Under the pieces are notes generated by a model, which was given only the letters and a program-made list of their open reading frames with translations, was not told the DNA's origin and did not search any database. A stretch of 61,419 nt of DNA, from positions 1 to 61,419 of the IMG/VR virus record IMGVR_UViG_3300017553_000001; one strand, written 5' to 3'. This document shows, in pieces, positions 46,949 through 55,786 of this stretch (positions within the stretch are counted from its first letter, which is position 1; each line of letters opens with the position of its first letter). Position numbers and translations under genes: made by a program. Origin of the DNA: a virus (taxonomy: Duplodnaviria > Caudoviricetes).

Positions 46949-48625
46949 CTAGGGCAGCGACTCGCAGGCGATACCGTCGCCATTCGCATCCAGCCCATCG
47001 ACGTTGTTGGTAGGACTGCCGCCCTGGCTCTCAAAATACGCTTGCGCTTCTGCTTGTGTTGAGAAGTCTGAGCAATCGTAGTCGATGCCATCGCCGACAA
47101 CCGGCGGAGTGGTCGGCGTTGTTGGGGTTGGATCAGGCTGTGCCGGCGGCGGCGTCACCGGCCCGCCTGCCCCAAGTTCACGGATCACGAGGTTTCGGAA
47201 TCCCGCTGCGCAAACCTCGGGCTGGTCAACGCAAACCATCGTGATACCCGCGTAGCCAGTGGCTGATCCTCCGTGCGTGACACTGCCGAGCAACTCACCA
47301 TCGCCAAAGAACCACAGCTTCTGTCCCTGCGCGATGATCTTCAGGTTGAACCACTGCTCGGGCGACAACGGAGCATCGAGGGCAAACGTTCCCAACTCAA
47401 CGAGATCACCGGTGCCAGTCATGTCGAGGTAGAACGCGAGATGCCCTACGGCGCTTCCATCAGCCACACCGAGACACAGCAGATACGCACCCTGGCCGCT
47501 CGCACGCGCGGTGAGGCAGCCCGCGAGGTCGCCCGTGGTAGCGATCGAAAGGACATCGACGCTGAAGCTCGCGTCACCCACTATCGGACCGCCGAGCTTG
47601 ACAAACGAATCTCCTGGCAGCGCAGCGACGACATAGCCGCTGCCATTTTCCGCAGGCTGGCCTGATGGCGCAGGCGGGATACCCTGAGCGGACCAGTCTC
47701 CAAGCGTCGACTGATAGATCACTGCACCCTCAGATGGGATGGTGTCGCTTGGAGGCGGTGATGATCCATAGCGCCATTGGTAGTAGTGTTGTCCGACGTT
47801 TCCTGCTTCGACTTGCCAGCCGTCAGGATTAGCCGGGTTGTACGTTAGGCAGCGCCGCTCGAAGCATTGCACGAGGAGGTCGCGCTGCTGACCGCCGACC
47901 GCGACGGATGCCCAATATGCTTCGGTGATTGGGAAGCCAGTCGCGTAGAACGGGCTTTGGAACAATCCGGCGTTGATCTGCTGGCCGCCTTCATTCACCA
48001 AACCAGACGAATTCATGAATGTCCAGAATGGACTAGCGACGGTGTGATTTGTCTCTGCCACGTAACTGGCCGCCGTCGCGAGATAGCCGGCCATGCTTGG
48101 ATCGTCCGTCACCTGTCCGGTGGTTCCGTTCACGCGATGCGTGATTGTTTTCCCAACGACACTAGGAGCGTTGCTGCGCAGGCCGGCCATGACCGCATAG
48201 GTCAACGGGTCGCCCTGGTCGCCTGCGACATTGACATTGGCAGGCTGTCGTGGCTCGAATGCGTTGTCACCGGTCTGCATCTGGCCGGTCATCAGCTCGA
48301 CAACGAGCAAGCCGTTGGTGACGTACCAGGGTGACGATTGATCGCCTGACGGGTTGGTGATCTCCATGCGTGACTTGTCGAAGTATTGGACGGTGCGCTG
48401 ACCGCCCGGCGATTCAGCATACGTCTCTGGCATCGAGGCGCTGAAAGCCTCCGGTCCCCACATCCACGTCCGCGAGACCGCTCCGGCCGCGACGGGTTGA
48501 TCGGTTCGTTCCCAGGTGCGGTAAAAGGCGTCGTTTGCGATCGGTGCTGCACTAGCACCGGGGATCGCCAAGCTGCTCAGGACAAGTCCGAGTAGCACGA
48601 CGAAACGCATAGACCTGCTGCGCAT
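46949..48625 (-). CDS. Secreted paralog: same envelope domain, beta-sandwich (DUF1080/lectin-like) and Excalibur domain
   Basis: Signal peptide; closely similar N-terminal ~290 aa; [10 protein letters not shown]; [14 protein letters not shown]...[14 protein letters not shown]. Confidence 0.82.
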   Translation of the reverse strand: MRSRSMRFVVLLGLVLSSLAIPGASAAPIANDAFYRTWERTDQPVAAGAVSRTWMWGPEAFSASMPETYAESPGGQRTVQYFDKSRMEITNPSGDQSSPWYVTNGLLVVELMTGQMQTGDNAFEPRQPANVNVAGDQGDPLTYAVMAGLRSNAPSVVGKTITHRVNGTTGQVTDDPSMAGYLATAASYVAETNHTVASPFWTFMNSSGLVNEGGQQINAGLFQSPFYATGFPITEAYWASVAVGGQQRDLLVQCFERRCLTYNPANPDGWQVEAGNVGQHYYQWRYGSSPPPSDTIPSEGAVIYQSTLGDWSAQGIPPAPSGQPAENGSGYVVAALPGDSFVKLGGPIVGDASFSVDVLSIATTGDLAGCLTARASGQGAYLLCLGVADGSAVGHLAFYLDMTGTGDLVELGTFALDAPLSPEQWFNLKIIAQGQKLWFFGDGELLGSVTHGGSATGYAGITMVCVDQPEVCAAGFRNLVIRELGAGGPVTPPPAQPDPTPTTPTTPPVVGDGIDYDCSDFSTQAEAQAYFESQGGSPTNNVDGLDANGDGIACESLP

Positions 48626-48715
48626 CGCCCAACCTCCGAGTCATGAAGTGAATATCGGCGGTACCGTACTATGGTCAGCCAGCGCGCGCAAGTGTTTCAT
48701 CATTGTCGCGCAAGC

Positions 48716-49219
48716 CTATTTGCGAGATTCGTATAGGATCCGAAGGTTTTCACTGCACAAGGCCAGCGCGCGATATTGGGCGTCTACGCTAACTCTAGTC
48801 GCCTCAAAGAGTTCTTCAGCAGTCTTGATGGGCTTGATGAGGCCCAGGCATGAACTTACAAACCTGTTGGCCGCTGACCGCAATTCATCATCGAAAACTT
48901 GGGCGACCAGAATTTCGGTTGCAATTCTCTCTTTGACATAGGATTTACTTGCATCTTCGATGTTCGACTCACTCGCGTCTACGATCTTGTCGAAAACTAG
49001 ATCCTGCTCAAGGCTGAGAGTTACTGCTGCTTCTCCTAGAGTGAGAATTGCTGCCTGCAATTGCATCAGTACAGACCATTGAAACTCAAAGCGACGGTCG
49101 GCAATTGAGTCTTTGCGCGCGAGTTTTTGCCGCCACCATTCCGCTACTGGCGATGCCAAGAGACCAATGACCGCAGCTGCCAGGATCATTCCCTGGCTCA
49201 CGACGCCTGACCATTCCAT
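48716..49219 (-). CDS. Hypothetical N-anchored membrane protein
   Basis: N-terminal TM helix then helical bundle; visibly AT-richer codons. Confidence 0.6.
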   Translation of the reverse strand: MEWSGVVSQGMILAAAVIGLLASPVAEWWRQKLARKDSIADRRFEFQWSVLMQLQAAILTLGEAAVTLSLEQDLVFDKIVDASESNIEDASKSYVKERIATEILVAQVFDDELRSAANRFVSSCLGLIKPIKTAEELFEATRVSVDAQYRALALCSENLRILYESRK

Positions 49220-49313
49220 CCGGTTTCGACCTCTCGTCTACTTGCGTGTTGCCCTAGCATACAGGTAGCTCACAGGCGCTTGGAAGCAATATCCTAGATA
49301 CCCTTGTTTCCTC

Positions 49314-49342
49314 TTGCATTATCGTATCGATTCTGATACACT
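49314..49342 (+). promoter_or_regulatory. Repeated promoter P1 with GTATC-N6-GATAC operator
   Basis: TTGCAT-17bp-TACACT; operator 49324-49339. Confidence 0.85.
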
Positions 49343-49403
49343 ATATACAGGTCAGGGAGAACGGCCCCGGACCAAAGAGGAATCAGGGAAAGGACCTGAA
49401 CCA

Positions 49404-49715
49404 ATGGCAACGCAGATGACCGGGATGATCGAACACAACACCAACGTCGCCGCAGCACACATCACTCAGGTTGGCGCGGATGAATGGATCGTCCCGAGCC
49501 GCCGAGTCGTTGGCGTCGTCTACCGCGTGCGCCGCCGCGCGAACCAGACGATCTGCACCTGCCCCAGCGCCACCTATCGCGGCCGCTGCTGGCACACCGC
49601 CGAGGTTGACCGGATGTATCCGGCTCCGGCGCAGGCTCCGGCAGCGCAGCCCGAACGCAAGCCGGTCGACAACTCCCTCGGACTGGCTCTTCTGCGCGGC
49701 CAGCGCATCGCCTAG
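49404..49715 (+). CDS. SWIM zinc-finger protein
   Basis: VPS...Y.V...CTCP...RGRCWH. Confidence 0.75.
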   Translation: MATQMTGMIEHNTNVAAAHITQVGADEWIVPSRRVVGVVYRVRRRANQTICTCPSATYRGRCWHTAEVDRMYPAPAQAPAAQPERKPVDNSLGLALLRGQRIA

Positions 49716-49725
49716 ATAATCGACA

Positions 49726-49758
49726 AGCGGACCGGTAGCCCGCCGGTCCGCTTCGCTT
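49726..49758 (+). terminator. Stem-loop, probable terminator/attenuator
   Basis: AGCGGACCGG-N7-CCGGTCCGCT followed by TCGCTTT. Confidence 0.6.
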
Positions 49759-49795
49759 TACCGCTCAAAGCGCTACCACCTGAAAGGGTGCCGCA

Positions 49796-50500
49796 ATGGA
49801 TACCGCTATCCTCGATCGCCTGAAGAAGCTCCACGCGCTCACAACGTCCAGCAATGAGCATGAAGCCGCCCTCGCCGCCGAAAAGCTCTCTGAGATGCTC
49901 TTGCGCCACAACCTGAGCATGGCGGCCGTAGAGGCTCACAGAATCGGTGCTGAGGCACGTTGGAAAGCTGATGATCGCGTTGTCGGCCGGCCGATGCTGT
50001 GGGAACAGTCGCTTATCAACGTGATCTGCCGCACGCATGATGCGCGCGTGATCGCGGACACTCGCGACCGCACCTGGACGATCGTCGCGCCGGCGGACAG
50101 GATCGCCGCGCTGTGGTTCCTGTATGACCGCTTGCGAGCTGAGATTGTGCGCCTGTCCGAGGACGGCTGGCGCTCGACTGATGCCGATGATCGCGTGATC
50201 TTCTCAGCTCGATCCTGGAAGCGTGCGTTCGCGGTCGGCTGCGTTGCCACGATCGCCGCGCGCCTGCGAGAGATGCGCGAGCGCGTCATTGCCGAGACTG
50301 ATTCTCGCGCGCTGGTCACACTCATGAGCGATACCGCCGACGAACAGGTCGCGGAGCTTATCGGCGACATCACGACCAAAGACATCAAGCACCGCAACAT
50401 GCCGCGCGCCGCGATGCTCGCCGGCGAGGCTGCCGGGGAGCGCGTCAACCTCGATGCCGAGCTGCCGCACGTCCCGCGCGCGCTCACGTCTGGCCGCTAG
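49796..50500 (+). CDS. DUF2786-domain protein
   Basis: ILDRLKKLHAL..SSNEHEAALAAEK...LLRHNLS; RAFAVG; GEAAGERVNL. Confidence 0.8.
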   Translation: MDTAILDRLKKLHALTTSSNEHEAALAAEKLSEMLLRHNLSMAAVEAHRIGAEARWKADDRVVGRPMLWEQSLINVICRTHDARVIADTRDRTWTIVAPADRIAALWFLYDRLRAEIVRLSEDGWRSTDADDRVIFSARSWKRAFAVGCVATIAARLREMRERVIAETDSRALVTLMSDTADEQVAELIGDITTKDIKHRNMPRAAMLAGEAAGERVNLDAELPHVPRALTSGR

Positions 50501-50524
50501 TGCCCTGCAGAAAGGATTGCCACC

Positions 50525-50734
50525 ATGTCCGCAATGCCGCACGTCACGCCGCGACCTGCCCACAACCTCGCGCCGCTGGCCGCCAAGATGCCGACGGTCG
50601 AGCTTCAGTACGTGATCGCCGACGTTGCCGCGACGCTCGACACCCAACGTGATCTGCCGCCAAACGATCCGCGCCTGTCGTGGTTGCTCGACACGCTCGA
50701 TACCTACTCTGCCGAGCTGTATCAACGCGCCTAG
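50525..50734 (+). CDS. Hypothetical protein
   Basis: 69 aa, GAAAGGA RBS. Confidence 0.65.
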   Translation: MSAMPHVTPRPAHNLAPLAAKMPTVELQYVIADVAATLDTQRDLPPNDPRLSWLLDTLDTYSAELYQRA

Positions 50735-50738
50735 CGAC

Positions 50739-50767
50739 TTGTGTAATCGTATCGAGTCTGATACAAT
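50739..50767 (+). promoter_or_regulatory. Repeated promoter P2 with operator
   Basis: TTGTGT-17bp-TACAAT; GTATC-GAGTCT-GATAC 50749-50764. Confidence 0.85.
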
Positions 50768-50823
50768 ACAGGCAGATTGGGGACGGCCCCGACACACGGG
50801 AATCAGTGAAAGGAACTGACCCC

Positions 50824-51009
50824 ATGAGCGAACCGAACTTCGTCGAGATGTTCGCTGAGGCTCTCGATGACGAGATGCTGATAGCGCAGTACCGGCTCTA
50901 CTCCGAGCGCGCGGCTGCTGACTCGGCCGACATCGCGGCTGACGGCATTCGCGAGGTTCTCGCCAAGTTGATGACCGATCGCGGACTGCCGCTGACGGAC
51001 GCGGAATAG
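50824..51009 (+). CDS. Small acidic hypothetical protein
   Basis: 61 aa after an SD hairpin. Confidence 0.65.
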   Translation: MSEPNFVEMFAEALDDEMLIAQYRLYSERAAADSADIAADGIREVLAKLMTDRGLPLTDAE

Positions 51010-51017
51010 CAACAACC

Positions 51018-51044
51018 GGCGCGGGGCTTCACCGGCCCCGCGCC
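51018..51044 (+). terminator. GC-rich stem-loop
   Basis: GGCGCGGGGC-N7-GCCCCGCGCC; no U-tract. Confidence 0.45.
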
Positions 51045-51066
51045 TCACGCAGACAGGACAGCAACG

Positions 51067-51381
51067 ATGACCTCTGAGATGACACACGACGACCTGATCG
51101 AGATGGAATGTGATGAGCTGCGAACGCAGCGCCTGATGACGGATGAAGAGCGCGAAGCCAACCTCGCCGAACTGGCGGAACTCCTCGGAATGACGCGCCC
51201 ACGCGAAGCCGAAAACGCCGTGCGATTCATGCTCGGATTCATGTCAGATGAGCAGGTCGAAGACATCCACCTGTCGATTGTTGCGAGCCTGCCGGAAGAT
51301 CTTACCGACATGAAGGTGCGGCTCGTCTGCGCAATCGTCGCCGAAGACGTCGAAGCACGTCGCGCGGCTTGCAGCCGATAG
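51067..51381 (+). CDS. Small acidic hypothetical protein
   Basis: 104 aa, Asp/Glu-rich. Confidence 0.65.
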   Translation: MTSEMTHDDLIEMECDELRTQRLMTDEEREANLAELAELLGMTRPREAENAVRFMLGFMSDEQVEDIHLSIVASLPEDLTDMKVRLVCAIVAEDVEARRAACSR

Positions 51382-51400
51382 CCTGAAAGGATCCCTTGAC

Positions 51401-51868
51401 ATGGGACTCGATATGTACCTGGATCGCACGATTGCTGGCGGCGCTGAGGAAGTTGGCTACTGGCGCAAGGCGAACGCAATCCACAAGTGGTTTGTCGACA
51501 ACGTTCAGAACGGCGAGGATGACTGCCAGCGCTACGATGTGACGCCCGCGCAGTTGACGGAACTGCTTGTCACGGTCAATACCGTGCTCGATAGCGTCAC
51601 GCTCATTGATGACACGGTTAGCAATGGCTACACAATCAACAGCTTCGGCGTGCGCGACCCGATCCTGCAAGATGGCAAGGTGATCGCTGACCCATCCGTC
51701 GCTGCGCAGCTCCTGCCGACCGCCGACGGCTTCTTCTTCGGCAACACTGATTACGATGAACGCTACGTCAGGATCCTCCAGGAAACGAAGGACATCCTCG
51801 AACACGCGCTTGCTGATGTTGAATCCGCAGACAGCGCCACGCAGTTTACTTACCAGGCCAGCTGGTAG
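51401..51868 (+). CDS. Acidic hypothetical protein (MGLDMY family of mobile elements)
   Basis: MGLDMYL...YWRKANAIHKWF...LLPT..GFFFG..YDE.Y...Y.ASW. Confidence 0.75.
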   Translation: MGLDMYLDRTIAGGAEEVGYWRKANAIHKWFVDNVQNGEDDCQRYDVTPAQLTELLVTVNTVLDSVTLIDDTVSNGYTINSFGVRDPILQDGKVIADPSVAAQLLPTADGFFFGNTDYDERYVRILQETKDILEHALADVESADSATQFTYQASW

Positions 51869-51904
51869 CACGCTAGTACTCACCTATCCTTACCCCACTC
51901 TCAA

Positions 51905-51938
51905 GCAACCGGCAGCGATCCCCACCGCCGCCGGTTGC
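51905..51938 (+). terminator. Stem-loop ending cassette 2
   Basis: GCAACCGGC...GCCGGTTGC. Confidence 0.5.
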
Positions 51939-51958
51939 ATATTGGCCTGGTTCAATGC

Positions 51959-51987
51959 TTGACTTATCGTATCACTATTGATACTAT
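51959..51987 (+). promoter_or_regulatory. Repeated promoter P3 with operator
   Basis: TTGACT-17bp-TACTAT; GTATC-ACTATT-GATAC 51969-51984. Confidence 0.85.
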
Positions 51988-52041
51988 TACTGCAGACGGG
52001 AACGGAACGGCCGGACCCGGACAGGCTGAAAGGGAGCCGAC

Positions 52042-52602
52042 ATGCAGACGCAGACATTCCCCCGTACGATGACGCTGGATCCTGAGACCGTTTCGCTGTA
52101 CGTGGGCGAGTTCGGATCGACTTACGAAGGCAAGACGCTTTCGCTCGTGATCGTCGCCGCTGATGAAGCGCCGGCCGAAGCCTGGACGGCGCTCGGCTTC
52201 ACTGCCGCGCAAGCGCAGGACATCCACGATCGCCGCCTGATGGTTGTCAACGCGATGCGACCCCTGATGCATTACGGATACGACTACATGCCCACTGGTG
52301 GCTTCCACAATGGCCAAAGCGTGGCATTCGAGGCCGGCCAGTACCCGGACGCGCCGAACCTGTGGGGACGCTTCTACGCCGCTGGTGATCCAGCATGGAC
52401 GCCGATTCCCGACCGCACCTTGGGCGAGGCGTGGCGCTCCGAGAATGCAGTCACCTGCAAGGTTGTGACGCTCGATGAGCTCTACGACATGGTTGCCGCC
52501 GACTTCATCGAGGGCGGGGCGGCTGCGGTGCTCGACGAGTACGACAACAAGCTCGACTTCCTGCGCGATCACGACATCCCCCTGCCGCCGGCAGTCCGCT
52601 AA
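52042..52602 (+). CDS. Acidic hypothetical protein
   Basis: 186 aa, sole gene of cassette 3. Confidence 0.7.
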   Translation: MQTQTFPRTMTLDPETVSLYVGEFGSTYEGKTLSLVIVAADEAPAEAWTALGFTAAQAQDIHDRRLMVVNAMRPLMHYGYDYMPTGGFHNGQSVAFEAGQYPDAPNLWGRFYAAGDPAWTPIPDRTLGEAWRSENAVTCKVVTLDELYDMVAADFIEGGAAAVLDEYDNKLDFLRDHDIPLPPAVR

Positions 52603-52617
52603 CAGATCCCGATTCCA

Positions 52618-52648
52618 TACGGGCAGTTCTGAGGATTGCCCGTATTTC
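52618..52648 (+). terminator. Stem-loop ending cassette 3
   Basis: TACGGGCAGT-N7-ATTGCCCGTA then TTT. Confidence 0.55.
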
Positions 52649-52651
52649 CCC

Positions 52652-52680
52652 TTGTCTTATCGTATCGATACTGATACAAT
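52652..52680 (+). promoter_or_regulatory. Repeated promoter P4 with operator
   Basis: TTGTCT-17bp-TACAAT; GTATC-GATACT-GATAC 52662-52677. Confidence 0.85.
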
Positions 52681-52739
52681 ATAGACAGGTCAGGCAGAAC
52701 GGCCCCTGACCGGACGGCAAGAGGGAAAGGACCTCACCG

Positions 52740-52949
52740 ATGACCAAGCGCAACCACACTGTCGCCGAAAATACCGCTCAAAGCGGTATCGCCGAAGTCG
52801 TTATCGGCAACTGCGTCGCCTGCGGCCAGATCGCCGAACTGACGCGGCGCACTGAGGACGGGCTGACCGACGAACTCGATCAGTTCTGGCTCTGCCACAA
52901 GTGCGCGACGCCGGTCATCTATCAGGTCGAAGACGGGGTGCCCTTCTAG
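52740..52949 (+). CDS. Small zinc-ribbon protein
   Basis: CVAC...CHKC; contains the perfect operator TACCGCTCAAAGCGGTA at 52772-52788. Confidence 0.65.
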   Translation: MTKRNHTVAENTAQSGIAEVVIGNCVACGQIAELTRRTEDGLTDELDQFWLCHKCATPVIYQVEDGVPF

Positions 52950-52998
52950 GGCACCCACACCCGCCTGATTGCCGAACGCAGGGAGAAAGGATCCCGAC

Positions 52999-53871
52999 AT
53001 GACGACAAGCACGGACGCGACGAACGACAAGGTAGCCGAAGCGCTGGTGCAGCTGGAAGAGGCCATCACGGCCGTCGTCAATGGCGACACGTTTCGCGAC
53101 TGGCTGGAATTGCTTTCGCGGCTGCACTCCTATTCATGGAGCAACACATTCCTGATCCTGATGCAGCGGCCGGACGCGACGATGGTTGCAGGCTATCGGC
53201 GCTGGCAGGACCTCGGTCGACAGGTTCGCAAGGGTGAGCGCGGCATCCGCATTCTCGCGCCGGTCGCGCGGCGCGTGAAGGTTGTCGAGATTGATGACGA
53301 CGGCAACGAGGTCGAGCGCACGCGCGCGACGAAGGCCCGCCGGTTCCGCGTCGTGTCTGTCTTCGATCGCAGCCAGACCGAACCGATTGACGGCAAGGTC
53401 GACAAGTCAGCCGCTACGGAGCGCGAGACGCCGATCGCACTGCATGGCGAGTCGGATATCACACCGGCGCTGGATCGTGCGCTCGCAGCGTACCTGGTCG
53501 AGTCTGGCCTGACGCTGGAGTCTGGCGACACCGGCAGCGCGAATGGCTGGTACGCGCCGGCGACACAGACAATCCGCATCTCCGACACGCTCACTGGCGA
53601 TCAGCGACTGCGCACGCTGGTTCACGAGGCTGCGCACTTCCACGCGCAACACGCGGCCGGTATCAACCGCGCCGATGCTGAGACGGTCGCGGAAAGCGCG
53701 GCGTTCGTCGTCCTGCGGCACTTCGGCATCGACGCTGTCGATTACTCCGCACCCTACATCGCTGGCTGGGCGCAGGATGCAGCCGCGCTGCGCCGCAACC
53801 TGCAGCAGATTCAGGCTACGTCTCGCGAGTTGATTGAGGCTGCATCAGCCGGTCTCGCGCTAGCGGCCTGA
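52999..53871 (+). CDS. ardC: ArdC-like antirestriction protein (ssDNA-binding plus zincin domain)
   Basis: YSWSNTFLILMQRPDATMVAGYRRWQDLGRQVRKGERGIRILAP...VFDRSQT; HEAAH...E..AES...YIAGW. Confidence 0.85.
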   Translation: MTTSTDATNDKVAEALVQLEEAITAVVNGDTFRDWLELLSRLHSYSWSNTFLILMQRPDATMVAGYRRWQDLGRQVRKGERGIRILAPVARRVKVVEIDDDGNEVERTRATKARRFRVVSVFDRSQTEPIDGKVDKSAATERETPIALHGESDITPALDRALAAYLVESGLTLESGDTGSANGWYAPATQTIRISDTLTGDQRLRTLVHEAAHFHAQHAAGINRADAETVAESAAFVVLRHFGIDAVDYSAPYIAGWAQDAAALRRNLQQIQATSRELIEAASAGLALAA

Positions 53872-53882
53872 CCGATGACTTC

Positions 53883-53906
53883 GGCCGGCGGGATTGCCCG
53901 CCGGCC
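53883..53906 (+). terminator. GC-rich stem-loop
   Basis: GGCCGGCGGG-ATTG-CCCGCCGGCC. Confidence 0.5.
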
Positions 53907-53936
53907 ACGATCCCACGGATGAAAGGATCCTTACCG

Positions 53937-54164
53937 ATGACGTTGGAACCGCTCTATATGGGATGGCAGGATAGCCGACCAGGAGCGACGCCGGAGCGCC
54001 GCATAGCCGATGCTGTACGGCGATTCGAGCGCAAACACGGCCAACTGCCAGCCGTCGCGCTCGTCAACGCTGACGAGGTCGCCGCGCACCCTGACGTCGC
54101 GGTCGAGGTGGCCGACTACATCCAGCCGTCCTATGTCCACGTCGGTCCTGTGCCGGCGGCTTGA
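53937..54164 (+). CDS. Hypothetical protein
   Basis: 75 aa after an SD hairpin. Confidence 0.65.
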   Translation: MTLEPLYMGWQDSRPGATPERRIADAVRRFERKHGQLPAVALVNADEVAAHPDVAVEVADYIQPSYVHVGPVPAA

Positions 54165-54281
54165 CGGTAGTAAGGAGCGTGGCGGATGATACCGTATCGA
54201 ATCAGAAAGCATTTCTGTATCACGCTCCCCTGCTGTCCTGGATGGTCAGGTTCGGGGAATTCGCCTGGGAGGATATCCGCC

Positions 54282-54626
54282 GTGGATCGCTTGCGAAATT
54301 TCCTCGATCCTGAGTCCAGTTCCGGCGATCGGCCGCCGATTCGAGCGCGTGCTGAGGTTGTAGATGAGTATGACGACGAAGATTATGACGAGTATGGCGA
54401 TGATGCCGAGTTGTACGACGAACCGCTCCCGCGATCGCGGACTCGACGCACTGTCGCGGGCCGGCCGTCGGGCGTGCGCGGCATGCTCTACGATCCTGAT
54501 CCGCCGGTTCGCGTCCGCACCGGCCTGACTCGCGGGCAGTCGCTGGTAGGCTGCTGGCTGCCGTTTGTCGGCATCGTGGGGTTCGTTGTGTTGCTCCTCA
54601 TCATCGCGGTAATCTCTTCGATCTAG
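54282..54626 (+). CDS. Acidic protein with C-terminal TM anchor
   Basis: GGAGG RBS and GTG 54282; DEYDDEDYDEY tract; hydrophobic tail. Confidence 0.6.
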   Translation: MDRLRNFLDPESSSGDRPPIRARAEVVDEYDDEDYDEYGDDAELYDEPLPRSRTRRTVAGRPSGVRGMLYDPDPPVRVRTGLTRGQSLVGCWLPFVGIVGFVVLLLIIAVISSI

Positions 54627-54634
54627 GAGGACCC

Positions 54635-55012
54635 GTGAATCAGACCTGGAATACACAGGGCGATGACGCTGAAGACGTTGATAGCGCGCTCGGTGCAGCG
54701 ATCGAGCGCAGCGTCGAGGCGATCTTCCTGCGGCGTGGCCAGGCTGATCGACGGTTCATCCGCCGGCACCTGCGCACGGTGGCTGCTGTCGCTGAAGACG
54801 CTGCCGAAAAGCACCTCATCTCTCAACTAGTGTCAGCATCCGAGGTCGCCGAAGAGCTCGATATAACGACGGCATGGGTAAAGCGGCTCGCAGAACGCAT
54901 CGAGGTCGGCGGCAAGGTGGGTTCATTCTGGGTGTTCCTGCCGTCCGACGTCGAGAAGCTCCGCAAGGCTGCCGAGGAATCACGGCCCGGCCGGCCGCCG
55001 GTCTACGACTGA
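54635..55012 (+). CDS. HTH DNA-binding protein (candidate regulator of P1-P4)
   Basis: SASEVAEELDITTAWVKRL...GSFWVF..SDVEKL...RPGRPP; AGGAGG RBS. Confidence 0.75.
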   Translation: MNQTWNTQGDDAEDVDSALGAAIERSVEAIFLRRGQADRRFIRRHLRTVAAVAEDAAEKHLISQLVSASEVAEELDITTAWVKRLAERIEVGGKVGSFWVFLPSDVEKLRKAAEESRPGRPPVYD

Positions 55013-55052
55013 AAGCCCGCTTCCACCATCAGAACAGTCAAACTTGAGCAGA

Positions 55053-55097
55053 ACGGAAAACACGAGTTGGGCAGTGCGCCCAACTCGCGTTTTCCGT
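55053..55097. other. 20-bp inverted repeat with one mismatch
   Basis: ACGGAAAAC-A-CGAGTTGGGC-N5-GCCCAACTCG-C-GTTTTCCGT. Confidence 0.75.
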
Positions 55098-55248
55098 CTA
55101 AGTACCATTTCGGGCATTTTGTCAAGGTCTGGAGGTCTTACGGGATAGAAGGCGTCGTCTTGTGGACAGGCGGTGTGAAGACGTTCATAGTGAGATGCAG
55201 GGTACCCGCCGACATTCACATCAGGTCTTGGACACACGGAGGTCGATT

Positions 55249-55578
55249 GTGAGCGATTACGAGGAGGCGACTCGGCTTGAGCCGCCGATGAGCGAAGAAG
55301 AGGCGGAGCACTGGGCCAATTTCTACGCGGAAATTGAAGTTCTGAAGCGAAGGCAGGCGATTCTGCGACTGAAGCCCTTCGTCCTGACGGTCGATTACGT
55401 ACGGCCGAACGAAGGCATCTGCACCGAAGAGCTCTATTACTCCAGCGACTACGAAGCGAACGCGATCTTCACCAGTTATTGCCATCGGCGCGATGTGGCA
55501 TTTGTGCAGCTGGCCGCATTAAAGGATGGTGGCATAGCAATCCTTGGGGAATGCCGACCGCGAGATCCGATCTGGTAG
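55249..55578 (+). CDS. Hypothetical protein
   Basis: GGAGG RBS and GTG 55249. Confidence 0.55.
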   Translation: MSDYEEATRLEPPMSEEEAEHWANFYAEIEVLKRRQAILRLKPFVLTVDYVRPNEGICTEELYYSSDYEANAIFTSYCHRRDVAFVQLAALKDGGIAILGECRPRDPIW

Positions 55579-55600
55579 CCGTGGTTGACGCTGGACACAA

Positions 55601-55630
55601 CGAAGCGCCTCTCTGGGGGGAGGCGCTTCG
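55601..55630. terminator. Stem-loop between convergent early and late transcription units
   Basis: CGAAGCGCCTC...GAGGCGCTTCG. Confidence 0.55.
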
Positions 55631-55786
55631 CATGGAGTGAGGTTGGGACACACCGGGCGTTTACGCTCTTCGCGCAGGACAGGTCTGGCGATAGGTCTAG
55701 GATCGCCGGACGTAAGCCCATCCTTCGCCCAAGTCCGCTAAGGAGACAGAGAGTCACCGCTTTGGGCGGTAGCGCTCAAAGCAATA

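Noticed and set aside
49314-52740. Repeated intergenic elements as CRISPR repeats or integron attC sites
   Set aside because: They match -35/-10 promoter geometry, are separated by whole genes and lack attC GTTRRRY ends
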